Origin: Hydrolagus affinis
Lineage: Eukaryota
DNA length: 64,000 nucleotides
Assembly (NCBI GenBank): GCA_012026655.1
Contig: JAAILG010000371.1
Span: forward strand, 1-64,000
Direction of reading: 5' to 3'
Positions 52,223 to 64,000 of the stretch are shown piece by piece. Each line of letters begins with the position of its first letter. Position 1 is the first letter of the stretch. The notes beneath the pieces were generated by a model. The model had not been told where the DNA came from. It searched no databases and saw only the letters and a list, made by a program, of their open reading frames with translations. Both the position numbers and the translations under genes were made by a program.

Positions 52223-52414
52223 TTAGTGCAAGTAAAGGGAGACAGGCCATCAGAGGAGAAGAAGAAAAAAATTGGGAGGTAAAACCCGGCAGAAAGAATA
52301 GATTTTTTTTCCCCATCAGTCCAGTTATAGCCTAATGATGCACTGAATCAGCCATACTAGCCTGCAATAATTGTTCTCTATATATCTGTTCCGTGGCCGT
52401 TATTGTTCTTATTA

Positions 52415-52606
52415 CAGGTAAACCCCGTTTAACGTTGCGACGTTCGCTAATAGGTCGTTCGCCAGCGGGTGGAAAGGGAACATGACAGCGCTAGGACCTG
52501 AGAATGAGCCGGGCCGGCAGAGAGTGAGTGAGCCGGGCAGGCAATCAGGGAGAAAGTTTGCACTGAAAAGCAAGTTCAGACATCACACTAACAAATTCAT
52601 CACACT
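52415..52606 (+). mobile_element. Left end of a Tigger/pogo-like DNA transposon, truncated by the gap (N 52607-52706)
   Basis: TA|CAGGTAAACCCCGTTTAACG terminus; CpG-rich interior. Confidence 0.6.
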
Positions 52607-55179
52607 NNNNNNNNNNNNNNNNNNNNNNNNNNNNNNNNNNNNNNNNNNNNNNNNNNNNNNNNNNNNNNNNNNNNNNNNNNNNNNNNNNNNNNNNNNNNNN
52701 NNNNNNGTGCGCAATGAAAACTTTGCTGAGTTAGGCGTGGTGCCGCTATTTATAGTTTGGAAGCCACTGCCTTATAGGGAAGGATGTGGGTAGGATGTTT
52801 GTATGTAAATGTGGTTGTCAAATTGCGCACAACAACGATAAACAGCACCTTTCACATGTACATTTTTTGTTTGAGACCGGTGGCCCTATGAATAGTGCCA
52901 TGAGATCTGTATTATCCACCTGAAAAGACAGGCAGAACATCAGTATAATGACACATAATAATCCTTGCATTTGATAATAATGCCACAATAATGACACATC
53001 TGAAGGATGGCATCCAGAAACACACAAATGCACCTAACCCCCCGATTCAGAGTCCTAACCTGAAGCTTGAACACACAACTGACTTCTGAATGCTACCAGC
53101 TGAGCCTGTCTGACGAATTCTGCCCAAATTCAAATGGCTGGGAATATTTCAAGCTGAGAAAGGTGGAGAATGCCAGAATACACATAGCTAGGAAAAAGCC
53201 TCAAGGTGTAAGACCTGTATATCTACTCAAACACGTTCAACCCGTAAGGTGATCAAAAAACAACTTATAAAGTGTATGTTCTACACAAATCTGAACAGAT
53301 CTGAACAGGGTAGAATCCCCAAGACACTCTGTCAAAGCAAATCTGTGCTCTAATCTATTTCACTTCAGCTGTGAGCTAAATGTAACATGTGAACTGCATT
53401 ACACAGACCCACAGAAATGCTGGCAACAGACATTCATCTTTTTAAATACAGATTTTTGAAACCTTGCAGACATCAGCAATTATTTTTGTTGTCTTGCAAA
53501 TAGGCTAATCAGTGATCAATCAGTCTTCTGAAAAGAGCCATCAATATTGCTCAAAATGTTATGTATTAACAGCCTTTAAACAGCCTTTAGAATTCATTTT
53601 ATTTTTCTTAACTGACCAAATCAAATTGCTTCTGGGTTCAATAACAGCTTGCATTTTTGCAGTGCCCTCCCATCTAAAAGCACTAAACAATGGCCTAATT
53701 TGACTCCAAGAAAGGTTCACATCAAAGTAACTGTTCAGCTGTAAATTCATGGTGACTATCTAGAAAAAAAACTAAAGGGTAAGATTACCAACAGTGAAAA
53801 TTATAGTGTCTCAGTGGGTATTTCAGAGAAACATCCTCTTTCACCTCTGTCATTGCTTTCTGAGTGTCTCAATCTGTATGCAATAAACACCTGCTCAATG
53901 TTCTTTACCTGGTGCAGTGGGAAATGATTATATATCAGTGAGCCTCGCCAAGGGGAGAATTGATATTCAGCTGTTGTCAGATTCCAGCGAGAGGGGAAGA
54001 TTCTGAAGTTTACCATTTGCCAGTTGACATTGGGGAGGACAAGGAGAATTTCAAAGACAATCTAATCAATGCAGACAACTTCCCCAACTTCATTACAGGC
54101 ACAAAGATGATGCTTCCTTTGAGGACTCTCGTTTACGTGTGCAAACTTGGAAAGAAACTGACTCCAATTTTATTTCACTGCTCGAGGGAGCCAACAGCAA
54201 TTTAAGCAAACTTTTGATGAGTTATACAATTTTCTGAGATCCTAACGGTTCCAGAGGTTGCACAGCTTCTAGCCTAGGGTGTACAAAAAGTTAAGTATAA
54301 CTTTGCTATCCTGGTAATAATATAGCTCAACTGGTCAAAACAAAACTCCAGAAACTATGCTGTTGAAATATAAGTTTTTGCAGAATTTGGGAAAATTGTT
54401 TCAATTCAGTTTCAATTTGGAAGTGAACTTTCAGCATATGTTTTAAAGAAATATTCTTCACTCAAAGGGTAAAAAAAAGATTGAATGTGTCACCAGAAAG
54501 GGCTAAGACAGGGTTATAATATTTATTTAAGATGCAGCATAATGCTGTAGTTGAAAGCAATTAAGATTCCAAGACACCATTTGAAAAGAGAAGGGGCCAA
54601 CATTCCTCCTGATTACTCGATCATTCCCTTCACAACTGTTTGTGGGACCTTGATCGCACAAATAATTGTTGTATTTGATAACTAAAAACATCACTGTACT
54701 TGACTTGCTGATATTTCAACATTATAAGTTGCATTAAAAACAGCAAGTTTATTTTTTCATCGAAACCTATTGTGATCTCGCAGTTGCTCAAGCTTGCAAA
54801 CTTCTGACTGTGAGTTAAGATTGGGAAACTCTTGACCTTCAGTAACTTTAATATTAGTTACAGACAACTTTTTGACAATAAGATCTTTGATCAATCATCA
54901 GTTACTAATAATAATAATCCTTGCATTTGATACAGTGCTTTATCAAATCATCTAGATATCCCAAAGCGCTTCCCAGAATATACTGTAAAGTACAGTTGAA
55001 GAATTCCCTCAGTTTAATTTCAGTGGCTGGATTCAATTTAGGGTAACATGGTGGCCCCTGGCACAACTTATTTATTGACTTTCCTACATTTGTGATGCTA
55101 TAGCTTGGAATACATTTGAGTGAATGTCATCATAAATCTCAAACACAGAGGGCCCATGAGAGCAGTGTCCATATTATAA

Positions 55180-56200
55180 TTATAGAATCATAGAATTATG
55201 CAGCCTAGAAGGAGGTCATTCAACCCATCTTGTCTGTGCCATCTCCTTGAACAGAGCCGTCCAAATCAATCTCACTCCCCATGCACTCTCCCCATAGGCC
55301 TGCAAACCTGTCCTCCCCAAATAACTATCTACTTCCCTAAAAGTCAAAGATAAAAAGATCAAATTTGCTATCGAATCGGCTTCCACCGCCTTTTCAGATA
55401 ATGCATTCCAGATCTGAACAACACCCTTGTGAAAAAATGTCTCCTCACCTCTCCTCTGTTTTAACAAATATTTTAAATTGTTGTCCTTGGGTTACCGACT
55501 CATTCACTAGTGGAAATAGTTTCTCCTATCGAATCCCCTCATAATTTTGTAAACTTCTATTAAACCTCCTCTTAATCTTCTCTACTCCATGGAGAATAAT
55601 CTTAGCTTCTCTAGTCTCTCCTAATAACTGAAGTCCCTCATTCCTGGTACCATCCGGGTAAATCTCCTTTGCACCCTCTCCAATGCCTTGACATCCTTCC
55701 TAAAGTGTGGTGACCATAACTAAACCCAGCTGAGGCCTAAACCAGTGCTTTATAAAGGTTCATTATAACTTCCAGACTTTTGTATTTTATGCTTCTATTT
55801 ATAAAGCCTAGTAACGCATCTGATTTTTTTTAACAGCTTTATCTACTGTCCTGCCACCTTCAAGATTTACTTAAAGGCAGGGTACACATCTCCCTGTTCC
55901 ATCCCTTCAGTGAGAATAACAACCGTTCACCACTACTTTCTGATTTCCGTCTCCCAGACAGTTTTGTATCCATGCTGCATCCGGCCCTTTAATACCTTGG
56001 ACTTCAATTTTGCTAATAAGTCTATTATGTGGCACTTTATCAAACGCCTTTTGAAAATTCATACATACTACATCAACTGCATAACCTTCATCCACCCTCT
56101 CCGTTACTTCATCAAATAATTCTATCAGGTTTGTCAGGTATGATTAGCCTTTAACAGATCTTACCGGCAAAAATCTTATTTAACAAATCTCTATTAACCC
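55180..56200 (-). mobile_element. CR1 LINE (RT motif and 3' end, internally deleted)
   Basis: DEGYAVDVVCMNFQKAFDKVPHNRLISKI; FFHKGVVQIWNALSEKAVEA; atagaatcatagaa 3' terminus in antisense. Confidence 0.9.
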
Positions 56201-56365
56201 ATTTGAAACTTTTGTTTAGAATTAAATATTGCAATTGATCCTGCTTAATCTGATGTCAATGTCAGATTGAGATGGTGAGCTTCAATTAAGATATTTGCAA
56301 AATCACTCAAAGATAGTAGGTTTGCCTTTTTATATTAAATTCACCAATTGGTTATTGCGTGTCAG

Positions 56366-56670
56366 CCTGGTTCAGTTGGTAGCGCTCTTTCAATTGATTC
56401 AGAAGGAAATCAAGACCCATGTCATCCTTTGGATAAAACGTTAATCCTGTCTGTCTATTTGTGTAGATGTTAAAGCTTCCATGGTACTATTGGAAAAAAG
56501 AGGAGTTTTCCAAGCCATGTCTAGGCCAATAATCTGCCAAATAAAATTCATTCATTTCATGGCTTGGGGCTGTTTGCTTTGGGCAAATTAGCTGCTACAC
56601 AAAATACGGTCACTCTGCTTTACAATACTTTGAGACAGCCTCTTAATGTGAAAAGGATTATTTGTTATTA
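56366..56670 (+). mobile_element. Deu-type SINE remnant
   Basis: cctggttcagttggtagcgctc head; gatgttaaagcttccatggtactatt core. Confidence 0.65.
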
Positions 56671-56685
56671 TCCTATATTGTATCC

Positions 56686-56940
56686 AACAACAACAAAATT
56701 ACATTTACAGAGCGCCTTTCACTTCGGGTGACATCCCAAGGCGCTGAACAGTCAGGTCGGGACCCGAGCAAGGGGGAGGGGCAGGGTAGGGGGGAGGGAG
56801 AGGGAGAGAGTTAGGAGGGGAGGGAGAGATTGGGAGGGCATCAGAAGGCACGGTCAAATAGGTGGGTCTTGAGACCGGCTTTGAAGGAGGCAAGGGAAGG
56901 AGCAAGGTGAAGGGACTGTGGGATGGAGTTCCAGAGGCTA
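56686..56940 (-). mobile_element. L2 3' end
   Basis: caacaacaacaaaattacatttacagagcgcctttcac...; same family as 39150 and 40623. Confidence 0.85.
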
Positions 56941-58449
56941 GTTTTGTAAAATATCAATATAGTTATTGTTGGCACATTTTATTCACATTTTTGCTCCAAA
57001 ATGTTAAATGAATAAACTACTTAGTGATTCAAGTGGGTTGATTATCTCTGGATTGGAACTAGAATTCTTAAGCAAGCCTTTCTTTAAATAGCCCATTACC
57101 TGTGAGGTGAGTATGGTGAAGTAAATAACCCCCCTTTCACTTTAAGAAGGTCCACTGGAGGAAGTACATTGATGATAAATTGTCAGCACCTTTTCCTCAG
57201 CAATTAATCTGTGAGCAGTAAATTAGGCCGTCAAATCAAATGTAAGTTAAAACCATGCAATGAATCGCCTTAATGACTTCAAATGAGCTATCTGACCTTT
57301 CTAAATGAGTCTGTCAGACATCTGTGTTATGTGGCTGAATAAGCGCCCTCGATATGGCCACAGAAATCAGCCATGATTCTTTATTGGCTGAGGATAAGGT
57401 GCTGCCAAGTTTCCAGTCACCAATAGACTTTGAACTCAAAGTGTTGCTCATTTCCATTTTATTTCCATCAGTTCTCAGTTGATGATAGACATTCGATGTG
57501 CAGATAAGTGAGCGTGTGGCCACACAAAAAAAGATGGTCACCGCATTTAACAGCATGTCCTATGAAATGCGATGTCTTCCTGTGACTATACTTTATCGGT
57601 GAACATACAGTCAGTTTGATTACAGTAATGTTCCACATACAGCCATGGAATTAATGACTAATACTGTATAATCTGGGGAGTTGTTGGCGGAATTTGAGAG
57701 CAACTTCCTTCCTGAGTAAGGATCCAATAATAGACAAAAAATAAATAGGAAGAGGCAAAAAAAAATCTTGTTTCATTTGTTTTATTGCAGTGATGTTGCA
57801 TGCAAACTATAATAGTAACAATAGTAATAATAATAAGCCTTGCATTTGATGTAGTGTTTTTCACATCTTCTAGACGTCTCAGATCATTTCACAGAATATA
57901 CTGTAAAGTGAATTGACTGTATTTTTGTGGGTGGAACACAGCAGCCAATTGTGAACAGTGGTGTCCCACAAACTGTTGTTTCTGGAGAGAGACTTTGTGA
58001 GAGGTTCAGAAAGGGAAGGGTGGAAGAGAGTGGTGAAAAAAAATTAAATGCTCCATCTTTAAAATTCAATCTTTCCCCTCTCCTCCACCCCCCCTGAAAA
58101 AATTGTGAGTCCCATAATCTCTTGAGTGTAAGGTGAGAGAGGGTTTGTTTTTTGGGGGGGTGGGGGGTGAGGGGAGAAAGGTTATATGAGCATATGTGAG
58201 TGAGTGAGTGTTGGGTGGGGGCTGGTGGGAGGGATGGAGAGAGGAGAGAGGGTTAAAGTGAAGCCTGAAGCCTGCTCAGCCTGCTCATCATGAGCTGAGA
58301 GAGATCCCAACACAGCTCACACACTGCACATGTATGTATGTGTGTGATTGACGTTATATACCTCAGTTATAGCTCAATGGAAATAGCTCAATGACACTTT
58401 CTTGGGGGAGTGTCATCAGCATTTTTTGGGTGGGACCTCCTATTGTTGA

Positions 58450-58462
58450 TGACCTATGACCT
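58450..58462 (-). promoter_or_regulatory. Perfect DR1 nuclear-receptor element (AGGTCA-T-AGGTCA)
   Basis: Plus strand reads TGACCTATGACCT; function untested. Confidence 0.35.
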
Positions 58463-60544
58463 AAACAAGTTAATCAGACATGTATGGCAGTTTTGCTTAG
58501 GGTGTATACACAATGTTTATGGCATGTTAAATGGTTTGTGAAAGGTATCACTGAAATTTACCAACCATATTGGATCCTTTGTTTTGCAAGCGTAGCTGCA
58601 ACCAGTATAGCTAGTGTACTATAAAGTGAATTAACTGTACATTTTACTGTACACTGTACACCACACTCAATTGCTCACAGGAATGTCCCACCAACTGTCA
58701 TGGATTAATGACATTGGGAGTAATGGATTTTGCAGATTGAAAAATACATTTTCTTAAAGGGTACCATTTACAGTCAAATCAATCTTTCAGTAAATTTAAA
58801 ATTGAACTTAAATGGAGTATGTGGTTGTGGTGTGACCACACCTGGGGTATTGTGATGGATTTTGGTCTTCCAACATCAAAAAATGCAATTTATTCTTTGG
58901 GGAACATATAGTGAAGGGCTACAAGATTCATTCCAGAATTTAAGGAAAAGAGCTGTAAGGAAAGGTGTGCTACCTTGGAACTTCTGTTTCATCCAAAAGA
59001 AACTGAAGCATATTTAATAGTGTTTCGAAATTTGAATTTGCTTTACAAGATCCACAGATTGGTCTGGATGAAGAAGGCCCTTCGACCCATCCAATCTCAT
59101 CCCACCAGAACACCCACCCTACCATTCCCTCATCAACACCTGTGCGCAATTGGTTGCCGCGTTTCACCCACAAATATACAAATATACAGTCAATTCACTT
59201 TACAGTATATTCTGTGAAGCACTTTGAGATGTTGATAAGATGTGGAAAGCGCTATATCAGATGGAAGGATTATTATTATTATTATCACTGTATCAACAGC
59301 TACAACAATAACTACAAATTGCATCACCTTGGGACGTCCTCCCGACATGAAAGGCACTCTATAAGTGTAATTTGTTGTTGTTATATAGCACCTTTCACAT
59401 TGAGATAAAGTCCTAAAGTGCTGGACAATGAGGGGTTCATATTCTGGCCTCCCGGTTGGGATCAGAATGGGGTGGAGGGCAATGGGAGTGAAGAAAGACA
59501 TGGTTGAAAAGGGAAGTTTTCAGATGAGCCTTGAAGAGACAAGGGAGAGGCGAGGCAGAGGGGCTCAGGGATGGAATTCCAGAGAGCAGGGGCAGAAAGG
59601 CTGAAGGCCCAATTGTCCATAGTGGAGCAGGAAGGGCGAGGAATATGGAGCAGGCCAGTGCCTGCAGTGAAGAGGGAGTGGAAAGGTTGGTGAAGTATTA
59701 GTAGATCACAGAGATAGGGTGGAGTAAGATCATAGAAGGCTTTAAAGAAAAGCTTTAAAGGTATCTCATGCCTGGCTTCAACTACCTTTCCTGTCTTTGC
59801 TTATCCTCTGAATAAAGAAAAACTTTCTGCTGCCATGAAATGTGTAACGTCTCAATCATCTTGTGTCAATGATTATTTTTGAGAAATTAATTTGCAGAAA
59901 TTAATTAATATGGGGAACTGGCAGATAAATGGGACTGATTTATTTTTGGTCATTCTGGTGTTTGACATATACAGAATCCCATAATGATGCTTAAGCATAT
60001 CAACCCGATTATTAGTCAATCGGTGGATCGTTTTTCCGGGGGTAATAATTCCTTTAAAAAAATTGGTCACTCATTCCTGCTGTGTGCAATCGGCTATGGT
60101 TTTTCACCCACAAAATATACAATCAATTCAATTGCAGTTTATTCTATGAAGCGCTTTGAGACATCTAAAAGACGTGATAAGGTGCAAATAAGGTGCAAAG
60201 ACGTGATATCAAATGCATGGATTATTATTAGTATCAAAACTCGACACATATGTATGCCACCTGCCCATGGGAATTTCCCTGATTTGGAATCGAATGCATA
60301 AGCCTCTCCCTCGAGGGACTTAGGGTTACCTAATTCTGGAGAGTATTAGGCACAATTTAGCAAGAGTCAAGGCTTGGATTTCTCAGAGGGTATTATTGGA
60401 ATTTAATCAACTAAAACCACATAGATTGCTATTGAGAACCTTTCAGAACATTATCTGACAAGTGTCCTGGAGCTTTGTCCAGCTGCAACCAAGACTATCA
60501 TAGAAGATTGATTTGATTCTTTGATTATGACATCCCATTGCCAA

Positions 60545-60970
60545 GTTATAGGCCTATATTCTCTAGAATATAGAAGAATTAGAGGTGATCTTATAGAAAC
60601 CTATAAGATTATTAAGGGGCAAGACAGAGTAGATAGTGGGAGAGTGTTTCCCCTGGTTGGAGTAACTGTAATCAGGGGTCACAGTCTGAAGATTAGGGGT
60701 CAACCCTTTCGCACTGATTTGAGAAAAAATGTCTTCACTCAGAGGCTAGTGAATTTATGGAATTCTCTACCCCAAAGGGCTGTGGATGCTCAGTCCTTGA
60801 ACATATTCAAGACTGAAATTGATAGATTTGTTATGGATAAAGGGATTAAGAGATATGGTGATAGGCGGGTAGATGGAGCTAGAATAGATCAGCCATGATC
60901 TTATTGAATGGCAGTGCAGGCTCAAGGGGCCAAATGGTCTACTCCTGCTCCTAATTTTTATGTTCTTATT
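60545..60970 (+). mobile_element. CR1 LINE 3' end with open ORF2 C-terminus
   Basis: GLYSLEYRRIRGDLIETYKII...RGHSLKIRG...FTQRLVNLWNSLPQRAVDA...FKTEIDRF, followed by CR1 3' UTR. Confidence 0.92.
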
Positions 60971-61059
60971 CAAAAAGCCATAATGGGTTGAATAGCATCA
61001 ACTCTGTGCTGTAGGTTTTTATGTTTCTAGCATAATACTTTGCCAGTGAAAAATTTGTC

Positions 61060-61470
61060 CTGCCATGTTGAAGTGCGCAGATCAATTTCAAGATCTTCTC
61101 AATTGTCTACAACTCCCTATATGCCCTGGCACCTCCATACCTTTCCAACCTGCTGTCTCCCCACTCCACTACTGCTGTCTCTGCTCAGTTGGCTCCGGCC
61201 TTCTGCTTGTCCCTCATCCCTTCCGTTCCACCATCAGTGGCTGCACTTTCAGCCACTAAGCTTTAAAGCTTTGGAAATCCCTTCTCCATGTCCCAGCCTT
61301 TCCCTTTTTTTAGATCATGACTACAGACCTTCCTCTTTCCTCATGCTTACGGTTACCTCTTCCCTCCCCCCACCAGGTTGGTGTCAGGTTCCGCCACTGT
61401 GAAACACACTGTGAGACACTGCCTTGCCTGAAGGGCACTATATAAATTAAAGTTGTTGTTATTGTTGTTG
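61060..61470 (+). mobile_element. L2 3' end, degraded
   Basis: atttcaagatctt (FKI)...cctggcacctccatacctt (LAPPYL); (GTT)n tail. Confidence 0.75.
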
Positions 61471-61797
61471 CATATCTACATTTCCAAGAGAATAACTTTT
61501 AGACATTTGATTCACCTAAAAAATGTCAAATTTGAATGGGGGCGTCTTGTGTTTCAAACCAAAAACCTTCCAGCCCCAAATCCAGTGCATGACCATTTGA
61601 GCTACTTGGAGAATATGTTGATGTTACTCAATAAATGAGGAAGAGTTAATCAAAAATATTGAAACAGTTTGGCAATCTGTCACCAGCTGCATTTATATTG
61701 AATTTGTCAGAATTTTTCACTGATTGTCCAACTATTCAAATAGTTGAGCAAATTACAGGATCAACATGTCAAATTTTGAAATAGATGTAATCTGGCA

Positions 61798-62262
61798 GCC
61801 TGGCTCAGTTGGTAACATTCTAGCCTTTGAATCAGAAGGACATGGGTTCAATCCCTATGTTGGCTCATGGTGTAGGCATTCCAATGCGCTTCTGGGGAAC
61901 TGCTACATTGCCAGAGTTCTGTCTTCTGGATGAGATCTTAAACTGAGCAGCGGCGGCTTGTCAGATGAAGCGAGGGAGACCTTCCTCATCCAGAATTACC
62001 ATGTCTCACAGCGAGTATGGCTGAAACCAAGGACCCATTTGCCTGTTCAACTACGCGTGGAGTTTGAAACGAGAAGACTTTCCCCTTGTGTGCTGGCAAA
62101 CAGTCCCCCAGATAAAATTCAAAGTGTGGCTGTCTGCGAGGCATTGCTGTGCGCAAATTGATTGCCACGATTGCCTATCACTTTAGGGCCACTTTACAGC
62201 AAATCCTGCGAAGCGCTTCTATACACGTTGTGATGCAGGGCTGCTGCATCAAATGCAAGGTT
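61798..62262 (+). mobile_element. Deu-type SINE
   Basis: cctggctcagttggtaacattc...gggttcaatccc head; gcattgctgtgcgcaaattgattgcc core; caaatgcaagg tail. Confidence 0.7.
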
Positions 62263-62479
62263 CGTTCCTGATAATGCATCTCGCTCTTTCGTCAGCAATA
62301 AAAATAGGGATGGGGGGGGCAATGAGTTTTAGTTTGTTATGGTTTCATAGGGAAGTGAGTGGAAAACTGCCCCCCCCCCCAACCCCCAAGCAAGAGAGCA
62401 AACAGCTGAGCTGTTATCACCAGAGAGTAACTGTGTTGGGGTGGGGGAGGGGAGCACAGCAGGCAGGACCCTGGAATCT

Positions 62480-63000
62480 GAATTGCGTGGCTTTCTGCGA
62501 TGCAACCAAACTCGCTTACAACGGCGAGGTGAGGGGGAGGGAGGTGGGGGTGACTGGCAGCGAGTGCCGCCGAACGGACCAATGAGAAACGAGAGTTGGA
62601 GGGAATAGGCGGGCGTTACGGGTGCAGGGCAGGCCAGCAGGTTAGGTTGCAGCAGCGTCCTCCAGCCAGTCTCTTCCCGCATCATGGCTGACGTCGGGCT
62701 GCTCATGCAGGATGGCGGCATGCTGCACCCGGGCCAGACGCAAGGCGACGGCGGGGCCGAGCAGGCCAAAGCTGGCGGAGACTCCGCCAACCAGGGACGG
62801 TAGGTGGAAACCACCAGAGGTGTGTGTGTGTGGGGAAACCCATATTCCCTCGGCTCTTCTTCCCAACCTCTCCTTTCGGGCCAGAAATCGAGCTCCAGGC
62901 TCTAGGCCTTGCATGGCCATCGCCGCCTGCAGCGACTCCCGGAGGGGAAACCCGGCCCCATCCCGCCCTCCCAACACCTGGGGCCTGCATCCCGGGCCTC
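62480..63000 (+). promoter_or_regulatory. CpG island promoter of the plus-strand gene
   Basis: High CpG density; GGACCAATGAG with CCAAT at 62579-62583; GGCGGG GC box near 62608; no TATA box seen. Confidence 0.7.
62684..62799 (+). CDS. Putative first coding exon of an unidentified gene (MADVGLLMQDGGMLHPGQTQGDGGAEQAKAGGDSANQG-R)
   Basis: Strong Kozak atcATGg, GC3-rich codons, phase-2 donor CG|gtaggt, inside a CpG island downstream of CCAAT and GC boxes. Peptide not recognised. Confidence 0.55.
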
Positions 63001-63167
63001 ACCACCCCCCCCCCCACCTCAAATAAAATCGTTCCCCTTGTGCTTCCCCTTCTGTTTTTCCCACAAGGAAAGCTTTGGCTCCCTCCACACACACACAACT
63101 CAAACTTTATTATTTACGACTTTAATAGAAACAAATAAAGTTATCACAATTTGGAAAACCCCAGGTT

Positions 63168-63267
63168 NNNNNNNNNNNNNNNNNNNNNNNNNNNNNNNNN
63201 NNNNNNNNNNNNNNNNNNNNNNNNNNNNNNNNNNNNNNNNNNNNNNNNNNNNNNNNNNNNNNNNNNN
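63168..63267. other. Assembly gap (100 N) next to a (CA)n microsatellite
   Basis: Run of N followed by acacacac. Confidence 1.
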
Positions 63268-63737
63268 ACACACACACACACACACACACGTATCCTAAAA
63301 TGCCATTTTACTTTCTGTCTTCTGAAGGTGCAAACTTCTGCTCCCAGGCACCAGTGCCCTGTGTGATGTAAATGTAAATGTAATTGATTCCTGTGCAGGG
63401 GTGTGGGTTCTGGGCAGCCTCTGCCGCTATAAATGTAATGTTGCTGTTGTTATAGACTCAAATCATCATGGTCTATCTAGCTGGTGAACTCAGACACAGA
63501 GTGTTGATAAGATATATAATGGGGGAGGTGTGGGAGTCACAATCCGTACTATCAAATCCCATTCAGTCCAATGCCTGTGCCGCTGCTATCTGTTTCTCTA
63601 AATCACCCCCTTTTGTTAACTCACTTCTAGCTCTCTGCCCCTATCCCACAATGTTTTTATCTATCAGATATTTTCACAGTTCCCTTTTGAAAGATTCTAT
63701 TCACCAGACTTCATTAGCCACTCAAGGTAGTAATGAC

Positions 63738-64000
63738 CCTAGAGCACTCTCTTTGCAAGTGAGATACTGTACCTGGATTTGATTTCAGGGCAGGACAAAA
63801 TGTTAGGTACATTTCCTTACACCACAAGTCTCTGTTTACACGCCACCGAGCAGTAAGTAGGAACCTGGTTATTAGTCAATTGGCGTATTTCTTTTCTGTG
63901 GGTAATAATTCCTTCAACAAATAATAATAATGATAATTGGTCAATCAATCCACATCTGTTTGTTGGACACTGCTGTGTGCAATTGACTGCCGCATTTTCT
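63738..64000 (+). mobile_element. tRNA-derived SINE, longer variant, running off the window
   Basis: tagagcactctctttgcaagtgaga head; extra internal segment (cagtaagtaggaacctggtt); tggacactgctgtgtgcaattgactgccgc core. Confidence 0.75.

Noticed and set aside
60521-60898. 125-aa clean ORF
   Set aside because: C-terminus of a 5'-truncated CR1 ORF2 with no RT core.
62253-63298. Several overlapping 100-160 aa ORFs in the second CpG island
   Set aside because: GC-driven open frames with no recognisable domain.
1-64000. CRISPR arrays, operons, rRNA or phage-like systems
   Set aside because: Eukaryotic sequence; recurring motifs are dispersed retroposon tails, not regularly spaced repeat-spacer units.

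Overview
Vertebrate nuclear DNA, about 40% GC, repeat-rich, with four 100-N scaffold gaps. The repeats (tRNA-headed SINEs with (ATT)n tails, L2 with (GTT)n tails, CR1, Deu-domain SINEs, Penelope-type inverted repeats) point to a cartilaginous fish, probably a chimaera such as Callorhinchus; this is an inference. The only confidently identified gene segment is the first coding exon of RNF145 (minus strand, 43414-43210, phase-1 GT donor) in a CpG-island promoter. No later RNF145 exon was recognised in the 43 kb downstream. A second CpG island (about 62.5-63.0 kb) holds a plausible first coding exon of an unidentified, divergently transcribed gene. The rest is mostly decayed LINE/SINE/MITE sequence, interspersed with repeat-free AT-rich blocks that resemble conserved enhancers and a few orphan exon-like segments. 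Notable structures: hammerhead-ribozyme cores in Penelope-type inverted repeats, a 76-bp perfect palindrome, a pre-miRNA-like hairpin, a CCAAT minisatellite in the RNF145 promoter, a perfect DR1 element, a LINE family with a conserved 3' stem-loop, and an apparent templated-insertion repair scar. Repeat boundaries were set by eye and are approximate.
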